Source of the DNA: an uncultured Gemmatimonadaceae bacterium
Lineage (GTDB): Bacteria; Gemmatimonadota; Gemmatimonadetes; Gemmatimonadales; Gemmatimonadaceae
Direction of reading: 5' to 3'
NCBI GenBank assembly: GCA_963761305.1
Contig: CAVXGK010000001.1
Coordinates: forward strand, 352,001-416,000
Length of the DNA stretch: 64,000 nucleotides
Both the position numbers and the translations under genes were made by a program. This document shows positions 1 to 9,679 of the stretch, one piece after another. Within the stretch, counting starts at the first letter, position 1, and each line of letters begins with the position of its first letter. Under the pieces are notes generated by a model. That model was not told the DNA's origin. It saw nothing but the letters and a program-made list of their open reading frames with translations, and did not search any database.

Positions 1-8
1 GCGTCCGT

Positions 9-803
9 ATGAAGGTTCTCATCGTCGACGACGAGCCGGTCGCTCGGCGAGGACTGCGCGGGCAACTCGCTGCGCTACCGGGCATCGAAGTCGTCGGCGA
101 GTGCGCCAACCGAGCCGACGCCGTCGCCGACATCGTCCGCCGATCTCCCGACGTCGTGCTCCTCGACATTCAGCTCGGCCGGTCGACGGCCTTCGACATC
201 ATCGAGGATGTCGGCGTCGACGCCATGCCGCTCGTCGTCTTCGTCACCGCGTTCGACCGTCACGCCCTCAAGGCGTTCGAGGTGCACGCGCTCGACTACG
301 TTCTCAAGCCGATCGATCCGGTGCGACTGGCTGAAGCGCTCGAGCGCGCGGCGGCACTCCTCGCGCTCCGCCGCGGTGCGTCGCTCGCCGACCGCCTCGA
401 GGGATTGTTGGCGACGCGCGAGCGAAGCTCGGACGCGAGTGCGCCCGACAAGGCGACCGATCTGGCGCCGGAGCGCTTCGTGGTTCGCGACGGAGAACGC
501 CTGCGTCTGATCGACGTGGCCGATATCGAGTGGTTCGAGAGCGCCGGCAACTACGTCCGCGTCCACAGCGCCAAACAGTCCTACCTGATGCGATCGACAA
601 TGGATGACGTCGCGCGACGTCTACGGGGCGGCGCCTTCGTGCGCGTCCGGCGGTCAGCCTTGGTCAGCGTCGCCGCGGTCGCGACGCTCGAGCGCTACAG
701 CAAGGCGTCGTTCGTGGTGCATCTGCGGAACGGGACGAAGGTCATATCGAGTCGCTTCTATCACTCCGAGCTCCGGCGTCTGCTCCATCCCGCGACGTCC
801 TAG
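9..803 (+). CDS. LytTR-family response regulator
   Basis: Receiver domain (VLIVDDE, LLDIQ, FVTAFD, DYVLKP) plus LytTR domain (ESAGNYVRVH, FVRVRRSALV). Confidence 0.93.
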   Translation: MKVLIVDDEPVARRGLRGQLAALPGIEVVGECANRADAVADIVRRSPDVVLLDIQLGRSTAFDIIEDVGVDAMPLVVFVTAFDRHALKAFEVHALDYVLKPIDPVRLAEALERAAALLALRRGASLADRLEGLLATRERSSDASAPDKATDLAPERFVVRDGERLRLIDVADIEWFESAGNYVRVHSAKQSYLMRSTMDDVARRLRGGAFVRVRRSALVSVAAVATLERYSKASFVVHLRNGTKVISSRFYHSELRRLLHPATS

Positions 804-820
804 AGCTCGCGCCATTCCGT

Positions 821-850
821 CGAATCACAACCGAAGCACCGGAAATCACG
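821..850 (+). promoter_or_regulatory. Putative LytTR binding direct repeat (AATCAC, 21-bp period)
   Basis: AATCAC at 823 and 844, just downstream of the LytTR gene; conserved in the copy at 43122/43143. Confidence 0.55.
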
Positions 851-934
851 CGCGCGGCGCACGCTGTCGCGCTCACGTTGTGATCCGGCATCCGGGCCTG
901 CTACCGTGCCCAGCACAACGAATCCGGAGCTCCA

Positions 935-2470
935 ATGCCCGCCGTCAGTCTGCGGTCCACCGGTCCACCGGTCCACCGGGGCACCGATCTGGCCGTCCAC
1001 CGGTCCACCGTCATCTTGTGCCTCGCCATCGGTGTTCGCCGTGCGGACGCACAACGCGCCGACTCGCTCGGGCCCGAGGTACGCAAGTTCGTTCGCGTCA
1101 TGTCGCCGCGTGTCATCCTCGAACACGTAGAAGTGATCGACGGAACCGGCGCGCCGGCGCGCGCTGACCAGAACGTCACGATCGAAGACGGAAAAATCGC
1201 GGCGATCACCGCCGGCGCCGACGTGCCGCCGAGCGACGGCGCGACGGTTCTCGATTTCCGCGGCTACTCGATAGTGCCGGGCATCGTCGGCATGCACGAC
1301 CACCTCTGGTCGCTCACGCGGCCCAATCTGCGGCCCGACAATTCGTCGGACAGTCCGGTCGTGGATCGCGACATGACCTTCTCCGCGCCGCGCCTGTATC
1401 TCGCCAATGGCGTGACGACGATTCGCACCGCGGGCAGCATGTCGCCCTACGCCGACCTCAACGTCAAACGCGCCATCGAACGAGGCGCGTTGCCCGGCCC
1501 GCACATGGACGTGACAGGCCCATATCTCCAAGGGACAAACCCGAACGGAGCGCTCCAGCTCCCGCAGCTGTCGTCTCCCGAGGACGCGCGACAGACCGTG
1601 GCCTTCTGGGCCGACCGGGGCGCGACGTCGTTCAAGGCCTACCAGAACATCACGCGCGGCGAATTGCGCGCGGCCATCGACGAGGCGCACAAGCGGGGGC
1701 TCAAAGTGACGGGGCACCTCTGCTCCGTCACCTACCCCGAAGCGATCGCCCTCGGCATCGACAATCTCGAACACGGGTTCTCGGCGAACACGGACCACGA
1801 CCCCGACAAGAAACCGGACGCGTGCAGCGAGAGCGGCGGCGACTTCACGCTCGAGCACATGGAGCCCGGCGGACCGGAAGCGAAGCAGCTGATTGCGTTG
1901 CTCCTCTCGCATCACGTCGCGCTCACCTCGACGCTCCCACTGCGCGCCACGTCCGTCCCCGGCATCGGCAACCTGGCCGACGGCATGCCTCTCCGCGAGG
2001 GCGTCCGCGACGCGATGTCCCCCGGCCTCCGCGATGCGTTCGAGTACTGGTATGCCCATCCCAGCCCCACGCGCTCGCGAACGGCGATGCTGCTGCGACG
2101 GGAGATGGACCTCGAGCGCGAGTTCGTCGCCGCCGGCGGCCTGCTTCTCGCCGGTCCGGATCCGGTCGGCCTCAACGGTTTGGTCCCCGGCTTCAGCGAT
2201 CAACGAGAGATCGAGCTGCTCGTCGAAGCCGGCTTCTCGCCGCTCGAGGCAATCCGGATCGCCACGTTCAACGGAGCGATCTTCCTCGGGCGCGATCGCG
2301 AGATCGGCTCGATCGCCGTCGGAAAGCACGCGGATCTCGTCGTCGTGAAAGGAGATCCCGCGACCCACGTTGCTGATCTCGAGCACGTGGAGCTCGTGTT
2401 CAAGGATGGAGTTGGATACGACCCGGCCAAGCTGCTCGCGTCGGTCAAGGGGCGATACGGGGAGTATTGA
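935..2470 (+). CDS. Secreted amidohydrolase-family protein (start uncertain)
   Basis: PGIVGMHDH, GVTTIRTAG, GHL, EHG, GSIAVGKHADLVVV motifs; signal-like N-terminus. Confidence 0.9.
   Translation: MPAVSLRSTGPPVHRGTDLAVHRSTVILCLAIGVRRADAQRADSLGPEVRKFVRVMSPRVILEHVEVIDGTGAPARADQNVTIEDGKIAAITAGADVPPSDGATVLDFRGYSIVPGIVGMHDHLWSLTRPNLRPDNSSDSPVVDRDMTFSAPRLYLANGVTTIRTAGSMSPYADLNVKRAIERGALPGPHMDVTGPYLQGTNPNGALQLPQLSSPEDARQTVAFWADRGATSFKAYQNITRGELRAAIDEAHKRGLKVTGHLCSVTYPEAIALGIDNLEHGFSANTDHDPDKKPDACSESGGDFTLEHMEPGGPEAKQLIALLLSHHVALTSTLPLRATSVPGIGNLADGMPLREGVRDAMSPGLRDAFEYWYAHPSPTRSRTAMLLRREMDLEREFVAAGGLLLAGPDPVGLNGLVPGFSDQREIELLVEAGFSPLEAIRIATFNGAIFLGRDREIGSIAVGKHADLVVVKGDPATHVADLEHVELVFKDGVGYDPAKLLASVKGRYGEY
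953..1010 (+). repeat. 8-bp tandem repeat (CGGTCCAC)n
   Basis: Three tandem units at 953-976 and two more near 993-1008. Confidence 0.85.
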
Positions 2471-2523
2471 CGGCCGTCCGCCGTGAAGGCGCAAGCCGAG
2501 CCGTCGCCCGATATACTTCCAGC

Positions 2524-2988
2524 ATGGACGCCGCCCCACTCCTGCACCGGGTTGCTCGCGTGCTGACCGCGCGCCGACTTGATGCGGTGCTCATCGGCAA
2601 TGCCGCCGCGGCTCTCCAGGGTTCACCCGTCACGACACTGGACCTCGACTTCTTGTTTCGAAAGACGCCGACCAACATCCGCAAGTTGAAGGGCGTCGCC
2701 GACGACCTCGATGCGGTCGTGATGCGCCCCTTCTACCCGATGTCGGACCTGTACCGCGTCGTGCGCGACAGCGAGGCGCTCCAGCTCGACTTCATGGCCA
2801 AGATCGACGGCATTCGTTCGTTCGAACGACTGCGAGCCGGCGCGTCACCGATCCATTTTGGCGGCCACCCCATTCTGGTCGCCTCGCTTCGCGACATCAT
2901 CAAGAGCAAGCGCGCGGCAGGGCGTCCGCAGGATCTCGCGGTCCTTCCGGTACTCGAGCAAACTCTCGATGCGAAAGAAGAGAGCTAA
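2524..2988 (+). CDS. Nucleotidyltransferase-like protein
   Basis: LIGNAAAALQG...TLDLD, LDF, and C-terminal SKRAAGRPQDL motifs. Confidence 0.8.
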   Translation: MDAAPLLHRVARVLTARRLDAVLIGNAAAALQGSPVTTLDLDFLFRKTPTNIRKLKGVADDLDAVVMRPFYPMSDLYRVVRDSEALQLDFMAKIDGIRSFERLRAGASPIHFGGHPILVASLRDIIKSKRAAGRPQDLAVLPVLEQTLDAKEES

Positions 2989-3127
2989 GTCGCGCAAGCG
3001 GTCGCCGCTTGCTCGCGAGGCAGAGAGGAACCGACTGGATCAGATTCGTCGGCTGCTCGCCCTCGAGCCGTCGCGCCGCACGAACTTTCTTCGTGTGCGC
3101 GTTCCCTTTCGCGGATCGTCGATCTAG
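2969..3127 (+). CDS. Small basic protein overlapping the nucleotidyltransferase gene
   Basis: 52-aa ORF MRKKRAKSRK... overlapping the upstream stop. Confidence 0.55.
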   Translation: MRKKRAKSRKRSPLAREAERNRLDQIRRLLALEPSRRTNFLRVRVPFRGSSI

Positions 3128-3225
3128 CCGTTCGCCGACGGCGATAGTCGGGTTGCAGCCGCCCCCTTGACGCCCTCCGCCGGATCGCAATACCTTCTCG
3201 CCGGAGCATCTCCGGGAAGGGCGCA

Positions 3226-3570
3226 CTGTCCGACGAACTCGGCCTCCTACAAGGCACCCTCGATCTCCTCGTCCTGAAAGTCCTGACGTGGGGCCCGCAG
3301 CACGGCTACGCCATCGCCGGCCGGATCAGAGAACGCTCGGCGAACACGCTCGTGATCGAGGACCGCGCGCTCTACCTCTCGCTGCACCGCCTCGAGGAGC
3401 GCGGCTGGGTCACCTCGGAATGGGGCGTCTCCGATTCCAACCGGCGGGCGCGCTACTATCGCCTCACTGCCGCCGGTCGCCGCCAACTCCGCGAACGCAT
3501 CAGCCATTGGACCCGCTACGCCGACGCCGTGTTCAGCGTCATCAGAGCGGACGAGGGCGTGTCGGCGTGA
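3226..3570 (+). CDS. PadR-family regulator (apparent CTG start)
   Basis: LLQGTLDLLVLK..HGYAI..LYLSLHRLE..W..NRRARYYRLT; the frame opens at CTG 3226 after GGGAAGG. Confidence 0.85.
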   Translation: MSDELGLLQGTLDLLVLKVLTWGPQHGYAIAGRIRERSANTLVIEDRALYLSLHRLEERGWVTSEWGVSDSNRRARYYRLTAAGRRQLRERISHWTRYADAVFSVIRADEGVSA

Positions 3571-6231
3571 ACGACCGCCGCTCGGTCGAACGCGACATCG
3601 ACGACGAGATCCGCTTCCATATAGAAGAACGGGTCGACGATCTCGTCCGCCGCGGCTGGTCCGCCGACGACGCGCGAGAGTCGGCCTTGCGCGAGTACGG
3701 CGACGTCGCGCGCAGTCAACGTGAGTTGGCCGAAGTCGATCGTCGTCGCCTCGGTCGCAAACACCGCCGGGAGATTCTCATGTCGACGTGGGACGACCTC
3801 CGCTACTCAGCCCGTTCCCTGCTCCGCCGGCCCGCGCTCATGGCGATCAGCCTGTCCGCGCTCACCATCGCCATCGCTGCGAATGCGGTGATGTTCGGGG
3901 TCATCGACCAGCTCATGCTGCGACCGCCATCCGGCGTCGCCGCTCCCGGCCAAGTGAAGCGCATCTACTTCCGCGAGCACTTCGACAACAAGATCTCGAC
4001 CGGCCCGACGACGTCCTACCCGATGATCTCCGCCATTCAGTCGGGAATTCCGTCGCTCGACGTCGCCGCGTTTTTCGCCGGCACACACACGCTGGGACTC
4101 GGCCGCGACGCGCGCAGCGTGAAAATTCAGATCGTCTCCGGCAACTACTTCACTGTCCTCGGCGTTGCGTTGGCGGCCGGCCGCGCGTTCAGCGCCGCGG
4201 AAGACGACCCGTTCAATCCGACGCGCGTCGCCGTGGTGAGCGACGCCTACTGGCGCGGTGAACTCGGCGAAGCGCGCGACGTGCTCGGGACATCCGTGAC
4301 GATCGACGGCAGCCCCTTCACGATCATCGGCATCGCGCCGCCGGGCTTCAGCGGAATCAACCGCGAGCGCACCGACATGTGGGTGCCGGTGAGTGCACTC
4401 GCCGCACAGGCGTTCGGCGCCAAGTGGCACTCGAACACCGGATCGTACTGGGTTCAGGCGATTGGCAGGCTTCGCCAGGGTGCGACGACGCAGTTGGCCG
4501 AGTCGCAGGGCACGGCGGCTTTTCGCAACGAGATTCGCGCCGAAAAACAGCCGTGGCGCGACTCGGTGGGGACCGTCGTGCTCGGAACTCTGATCGGTAC
4601 CCGCACGCCGGACGGCGTCAGCCCGGAATCGAAGGTGTCGCTCTGGTTGATGGGTGTGGCGGTGATCGTCCTGCTCATCGCGTGCGCCAACGTCGCCAAT
4701 TTGCTCCTTGCCCGCACGTTCGAGCGCCGGCGCGAGATCGCCGTACGCGTGGCACTCGGCGTGAGCCGTGCGCGACTCTTGAGACAATTGTTGAGTGAGG
4801 CCGCACTGCTCGCCGGCGTGGCAGCGATCGCGTCGGTCATCTTGGCTGAGTGGGCGAGTCGTTTCGTCGAGCGCACGCTTCTCCCCGGCATCGTTTGGAC
4901 CGACTCCGTACTCGACACCCGCATTCTCGCGTTCACGCTCGGCGCCGCGGTGCTCTGCATCCTCCTCGCCGGCGCGATTCCCGCCGCCCACGGCATGGCC
5001 ACCGACGTCTCGGACGGACTCAAGTCGTCATCGCGGCAGATTGCTGGACGCCGGGCCGGACTTCGACAGGCGCTGCTCGCGACGCAGGCGGCGCTGTCGA
5101 TCGTGCTGCTCGTCGGCGCCGGATTGTTCGTCAACAGCCTTCGCAACGTCGTCCGTCGTGACGTGGGCATCGACATCGATCATGCGATGGCCGTGTCGAT
5201 GGACTTGAGTCATTTCGGATTCAGCCGCCCCGACATCGACGCCACGTTTCAAACCGCTCTGGCGCGCGCCACGACTGTTCCCGGAGTGAAGACGGCGGCG
5301 ATGGTGTGGACGACCGTTCCCGGATCGAACGCGAGCGCGATGAGCTTTGCGGTGCCGGGGCTCGCCAAGAGGCGGGAGCTCAACGGCGGCGGGCCGTACT
5401 ACGGCGGCATCGGCGCGAACTTCTTTGCCGCCATCGGCGCGCGGATCGTTCGCGGCCGAGATTTCACGCCGAGCGAGGAGCGCGCCCCGACGCGCGTGAT
5501 GATCATCAATCAAATGCTGGCCGACGCCTACTGGCCCGGCGTAAATCCGATCGGCCAGTGCGCACGACTCGGCAGCGACTCGACGTGCACGACGATCGTC
5601 GGCGTCGCACAGAACGTCATGCTCTTTCGCATGATCAAGGACGACCGGGCGATGATCTACTTGCCGCCGCTCCATCCAATGCTGGATGGCCCGCCAAGCG
5701 CGATCATCGTGCGGACCAGCCGGTGATCCCGGCCCGGTGATTCCCGAGCTTCGCCGTGCCATTCAGAGCGTCGCGCCCAACATGCCGTTCGTCAGCATCA
5801 GGCCGTACTCCGAGGTCGTCGCCCCCGAGCTCCGGCCCTGGCGACTCGGCGCGACGATGTTCACGCTCTTCGGCGCGATCGCGCTGATCATCGCCGCGGT
5901 GGGCCTGTACAGCGTGATGGCCTACTGGGTCTCACAGCGCACGCACGAGATCGGCGTCCGCGTCGCACTCGGCGCACGGACGAGCGACGTCGTTCGCCTC
6001 GTGACGCTGCAAGGCTCGCGCGCGATCGGCGCCGGCATCGCGCTCGGCGCGGCGATCGCGCTATTCGCGTCGCGGTTCATCGCCGACATGCTGTACGAGA
6101 CGTCGACACACGATCCACGAGTGTACATCGGGGCGGCCGTCGTGATGGTGATCGCGGGAGCAGCGGCGAGCGTGATGCCGGCGCGACGATCGGCGAAGGT
6201 CGACCCGGCGATCGCGCTTCGAAGCGAGTAG
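3567..6231 (+). pseudogene. ADOP-like ABC permease, frameshifted near 5720
   Basis: DDEIRFH N-terminus and LLIACANVANLLLAR; the C-terminal FtsX part (EIGVRVALGA...ALRSE) is in another frame (5686..6231). Confidence 0.85.
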
Positions 6232-6421
6232 CGACGGTCGAGGCTAACGGCGAGGGATCGCGGCCAGTCGTGGTCTGTCTTGGTGCTCTGGCCCCGATCT
6301 TGGGCTCGAAGTCAGACGGCTGACGTCAGAAAGGTCGGACGTCAGACCAACTCTCGCCGGGCCGCGAGTCCCATCACAAATCGCCTTGCCACGTTCTGAA
6401 ACGACAACTGCTGGTAGAACA

Positions 6422-6519
6422 ACGATTTCGCGGATGATCCGGATTTCGCGGACACTGCAAAGGGCAAGAGAGAAGTGCTTTGTTTGTTCCGCGAAATCCG
6501 CCGTTCTCCGCGAAATCGT
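6422..6519. repeat. Intergenic inverted repeat with doubled GATTTCGCGGA arms (REP/MITE-like)
   Basis: GATTTCGCGGA twice, then TCCGCGAAATC twice, between convergent genes. Confidence 0.75.
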
Positions 6520-6566
6520 AGCACTTCTTGTCGTTGTCCGAACGCCGACCCAACGTCAGTCGCGAG

Positions 6567-7070
6567 CTATTGCGCCTCGACCCGCCCCCTGACGTCAGCG
6601 AGATATCGATCGATCGTCGCCGTTTGCCCCATCACAAATCGCGACACGAATCGAAATATCGGATTGTAGACTTCACCGTTCTCTGTGATGCTGAGCGTCG
6701 TCGCGGTGCCGGTCGGCTCGATGTCGTAGATCCATGTTCCGCCGAACGGCAGCGATTTGTCGGCGATTCGCGTGACCAGCCGTCGATTCTCGACGACGGA
6801 GTCGACGCTATAGAGAATGGCGCCGTTCTTTCCGTTCTCGCGGAACCGCGAATGCCCCTCCTCCGCCGGCAACAGGTCGACGCTCTTCACTTCGCTCCGC
6901 CACGACGGAAACTCGGCCGGACGGTTGATCAGGTTGAAGACCGCTTCCGGTGACGCGTGGAGCGCGACGGATCGAGTCACGCGGTGCGCGACAGGCAGGC
7001 TCCAGCCGACGATGAGGACAATCGCGACCAGGGCCGCAACGACGACTCCGACGATCGCCAGCACTTTCAT
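6567..7070 (-). CDS. SRPBCC/polyketide cyclase-like protein with N-terminal TM helix
   Basis: LPVAHRVTRS, PEAVF, FGGTWIY, ITENGEVYNPIFRF. Confidence 0.8.
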   Translation of the reverse strand: MKVLAIVGVVVAALVAIVLIVGWSLPVAHRVTRSVALHASPEAVFNLINRPAEFPSWRSEVKSVDLLPAEEGHSRFRENGKNGAILYSVDSVVENRRLVTRIADKSLPFGGTWIYDIEPTGTATTLSITENGEVYNPIFRFVSRFVMGQTATIDRYLADVRGRVEAQ

Positions 7071-7150
7071 GATTGCCTCACCTTGTCTTCGCCCGCGTAC
7101 ACCTGCGGAAACGCCATTTGGACGACGCGAATTGTCTGTTCTGCGTTCAT
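7067..7150 (-). pseudogene. Short ORF, possibly an internally deleted MarR-like regulator
   Basis: MNAEQTIRVVQMAFPQVY...; ATGA overlap with the SRPBCC start. Confidence 0.35.
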
Positions 7151-7238
7151 GGCGGCAACCTACCGCCTGCCCTCGGAGTTCGTCAAAACCGACTCGAACG
7201 CGGGCGGCTCCCCCGCACCCCACCCCACCCCGCCCCGT

Positions 7239-7266
7239 TCCTCGTTCCAGTTCACCGCACACCGCC
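7239..7266. repeat. 28-bp direct repeat, copy 1
   Basis: TCCTCGTTCCAGTTCACCGCACACCGCC, identical at 9639-9666. Confidence 0.9.
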
Positions 7267-7378
7267 CCTCTCGATCGTCGCCAATAGGTGTCATCGTAGC
7301 GTCAGTTACGCCCGATACAATTGACGGCTCGCGGACCGATGTCGCTCACCGCACGAGCCTTTCAATGAATCGGAACAA

Positions 7379-8593
7379 GTGACGCTGGAGATTCTCTTCG
7401 TAGCGCTCGCGGCCCTGCGCGCGAACAAGTTGCGTTCTCTGTTGACGATGCTCGGCATCGTCATCGGCGTTGCCGCCGTGATCGCCGTCGTCGCGCTCGG
7501 CAGCGGCGCTCAAAAGGCGGTTCAAGACCGCCTCGCCAAGCTCGGCACGACCACCCTCCAGATCGACGCGGCTCACATCATCCAGGGCGGCGTTCAGCTT
7601 CAAGTCGCCAAGAAGATCTCGATGGCCGACGTCAACGCCATCGAGTCGCGTGGATTGCATCTGCTCGCCGTCGAGCCGCAGCAGGATCAGAATCGCCAGA
7701 TCGTCTGGCGCAACCGTAACACGAACATCACCATCATCGGAGCGACGGCGAACTACCTGGTCGTCCGCAAATTCGACATCGACGCCGGCCGCATGTACAC
7801 CAACGCGGAGGACGAAGGGCGCCAGCGTGTCGCCGTCCTGGGCGCTGGCGCGCTCACCCAGCTCGGCGTCGACAATCCGGAGGACATCGTCGGCGACAAC
7901 ATCCGCATCGGCGGCATGCAGTTCACCGTCATCGGCACGCTCGTCGCCAAGGGCACCTCCGCCGGATTCGGCAGCCCCGACGATCAAGTCCTCATTCCGT
8001 TCAACACAGGGCGCTTTCGCGTGTTCGGCACCGACAAGATCGACGACGTCTTCGCCATGACGACGAGCGAGGAGGACATCCCGCTGGCAATGGAGGAGAT
8101 CACGCTCGCCCTCCGCCGCACGCACCGCATCCCACAGGGAGCGCCGGACGATTTCAGAATTCGGAACCAGTCCGACGTCCTCTCGGTGTTGAGCGACACG
8201 ACGCAGGTGTTCACCCTGTTGCTCGCCGGCATCGCCGCCGTGTCGCTGCTCGTCGGCGGCATCGGCATCATGAACATCATGCTCGTATCGGTCACCGAGC
8301 GGACCCGCGAAATCGGCGTGCGCAAGGCGCTCGGTGCCACGCGGCGCCTCATTCTCATTCAGTTCCTCATGGAAGCAGTGACGCTGTGCCTCGCCGGCGG
8401 CGCGATCGGCGTCGGCATCGGGGTCGGGGCATCCATCGCCATGCGGAACATCGGCGGGTGGTCGACGCAGATCGAGCCTCCAGCCATTTTGATCGCCTTC
8501 GCGTTCGCCGCGCTGATCGGCATCGTGTTCGGCGTGTGGCCGGCCCGCCGCGCGGCGCGGCTCGATCCGATCGAGGCACTCCGGTACGAATGA
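7379..8593 (+). CDS. MacB/FtsX-family ABC permease
   Basis: NKLRSLLTMLGIVIGV; GGIGIMNIMLVSVTERTREIGVRKALGA; DPIEALRYE. Confidence 0.95.
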   Translation: MTLEILFVALAALRANKLRSLLTMLGIVIGVAAVIAVVALGSGAQKAVQDRLAKLGTTTLQIDAAHIIQGGVQLQVAKKISMADVNAIESRGLHLLAVEPQQDQNRQIVWRNRNTNITIIGATANYLVVRKFDIDAGRMYTNAEDEGRQRVAVLGAGALTQLGVDNPEDIVGDNIRIGGMQFTVIGTLVAKGTSAGFGSPDDQVLIPFNTGRFRVFGTDKIDDVFAMTTSEEDIPLAMEEITLALRRTHRIPQGAPDDFRIRNQSDVLSVLSDTTQVFTLLLAGIAAVSLLVGGIGIMNIMLVSVTERTREIGVRKALGATRRLILIQFLMEAVTLCLAGGAIGVGIGVGASIAMRNIGGWSTQIEPPAILIAFAFAALIGIVFGVWPARRAARLDPIEALRYE

Positions 8594-8633
8594 CGAGGCA
8601 GGCGAGGGTTCGCCGAACCGCCCGCTCGCTATC

Positions 8634-9530
8634 TCAGTACTGAAGCGACACTCCGATCTCGGTTCCGCCGCTTGGTGCCGGCTTCACCACGGCGCTCAGA
8701 AAGAGGCGGTCGATGACGTTCGTCGAGTGTCCGTGGCTGTAGCGCACGACCTTGATCCCGGAGAACGTACCGATCGCCGCGCCGAGGACCACGTCGCTCG
8801 CCCAATGCTCGTTGTTGTACATGCGCGAGAGTCCCACCAGCGTGGCTGCGCCATACGTCGCCGGCGCAACGATCCACGTTTGGTGCGGCCACCAACGCTC
8901 CGACTCGCTGGTCACCGTCGACGCCAATGCGAACGCCGCCGAGGTATGTCCCGAGGGAAACGACTGGAAATCGTCGCCTTTGAGACCTCGCCCGAAGCGA
9001 AAGTCGTGCGGGTTGTTGTCGGTAGACACGAACGGCCTCGCCCGGCCCGCGACCTCCTTGAGCAACGTCGTGGCGCCGGCGGCGACGACGATCGCCTCAG
9101 TGCCGTGCAGACCGAAATCGGCGACGTTCTTCCAGCCGGCGAGCCGGCCGACCCCGTACATCGAAACGCTGATGACCAGCGTGCCGGGATCGCCGAGCAG
9201 TTGCACGTCGGTCGACGCATTCCTGAAGAACTGATTGGCCTGGGCGCCGGGATTCTGCAGGTGAGTGGCGACGGCCTTGTCGATCGGAAACATCGCGACC
9301 GTGAGGCCGACAAAGCCCGCGGCAAGCAACGCGTCGCGATCGGTGAAGAGCGTCTTGGCGGCGTGCACGCTGTCGTGCGGCATCGGCGTCTGTGCCGCCG
9401 CGGGAGGCGGTGCGATCACCGACGCCAGAGAGATTGCCACCAGCGATCGGATTGCGATACGACGTGTCAGTTCGGCGTTCACGAAAAAGAAAATTGCAAT
9501 TCGCGAACCGCGTCGACCTGTCGTCGACAT
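8634..9530 (-). CDS. PAP2-family phosphatase (start uncertain)
   Basis: K..GRARP, SFPSGH, SRMY...HWASDV. Confidence 0.88.
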   Translation of the reverse strand: MSTTGRRGSRIAIFFFVNAELTRRIAIRSLVAISLASVIAPPPAAAQTPMPHDSVHAAKTLFTDRDALLAAGFVGLTVAMFPIDKAVATHLQNPGAQANQFFRNASTDVQLLGDPGTLVISVSMYGVGRLAGWKNVADFGLHGTEAIVVAAGATTLLKEVAGRARPFVSTDNNPHDFRFGRGLKGDDFQSFPSGHTSAAFALASTVTSESERWWPHQTWIVAPATYGAATLVGLSRMYNNEHWASDVVLGAAIGTFSGIKVVRYSHGHSTNVIDRLFLSAVVKPAPSGGTEIGVSLQY

Positions 9531-9638
9531 GACAAGCACGCGCGAAGACAGTATCACCCGCAAGCTGTCGACAGGATGACACGGTGTCGTCCGGCCGTTC
9601 AACGTGCTGTGTTGTTTTGCCTCCGCACTCCGTCTCTC

Positions 9639-9666
9639 TCCTCGTTCCAGTTCACCGCACACCGCC
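9639..9666. repeat. 28-bp direct repeat, copy 2
   Basis: Identical to 7239-7266. Confidence 0.9.
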
Positions 9667-9679
9667 ACCGCACTCGGTC

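Noticed and set aside
800..2539. Long antisense ORFs (also 24383..25816, 26008..27630 and others)
   Set aside because: Shadow or alternative-frame ORFs typical of high-GC coding DNA, overlapping well-supported genes.
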